Shown here: positions 63,814 through 64,000 of the stretch, one piece after another
How the letters are laid out: every line of letters starts with the position of its first letter
Position numbering within the stretch: the stretch's first letter is position 1
Origin: the human T2T-CHM13v2.0 reference genome, Homo sapiens
Strand: one strand, 5' to 3'
Assembly (NCBI RefSeq): GCF_009914755.1
Contig: NC_060929.1
DNA length: 64,000 nt
Program-made: the position numbers and the translations under genes
The notes under the pieces: generated by a model
Told to the model about the DNA's origin: nothing
The model's input: the letters and a program-made list of their open reading frames with translations, nothing else
The model's database searches: none

Positions 63814-64000
63814 CTGATGACAAAGAGTTAAGGAGAAAGCCCCTCCTATCACTGTCTGCAAGTTGATTATCATCACCAACAGAAGCTGGGGTCTAACCCC
63901 TCCCTATGTGGGTAAAACTGCCACCCATAAGATTAATAGCACTTACAAACATCAGAAAGCATCAGCTGTGCTACCACATGAGGTAGCTGAAGGTTCAAAA

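Overview
This window is human genomic DNA from chromosome 5q31.3. It is gene-dense and Alu-rich, and it is not a prokaryotic or accessory-element region. I identified it by translating the ORF track and reading the splice junctions myself.

From left to right the window holds:
- about 16 kb of intergenic, repeat-filled sequence (old L1 ORF2 fragments, a solo ERVK-like LTR, many Alus);
- CD14 (minus strand), with its diagnostic 88-bp intron directly after the ATG;
- TMCO6 (plus, 12 coding exons);
- NDUFA2 (minus, 3 exons), convergent with TMCO6 and head-to-head with IK;
- IK / RED protein (plus, 20 coding exons, 557 aa);
- WDR55 (plus, 7 exons);
- DND1 (minus, 4 exons), convergent with WDR55;
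- the 3' two-thirds of HARS1 (minus, last 9 coding exons), which continues past the window end.

The summed exon lengths give the expected protein sizes: CD14 375 aa, TMCO6 493, NDUFA2 99, IK 557, WDR55 383, DND1 353. About 50 Alu elements (roughly a quarter of the sequence) sit in the introns and intergenic DNA. I see no evidence of a novel or undescribed biological system; this is a well-characterised locus.

The observations most worth a second look are:
- a textbook U12-type intron in IK whose reading frame requires non-canonical AT...AT termini;
- convergent gene pairs with overlapping 3' ends that share a palindromic poly(A)-signal element;
- two tandem Alu pairs that reuse the same target-site duplication;
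- a local segmental duplication and an inverted duplication in the intergenic region;
- a solo LTR with a perfect 6-bp target-site duplication;
- the position of the CD14 -260 promoter SNP.

Coordinates for coding exons were read base by base. Alu and other repeat bounds are approximate, to about +/-15 bp.
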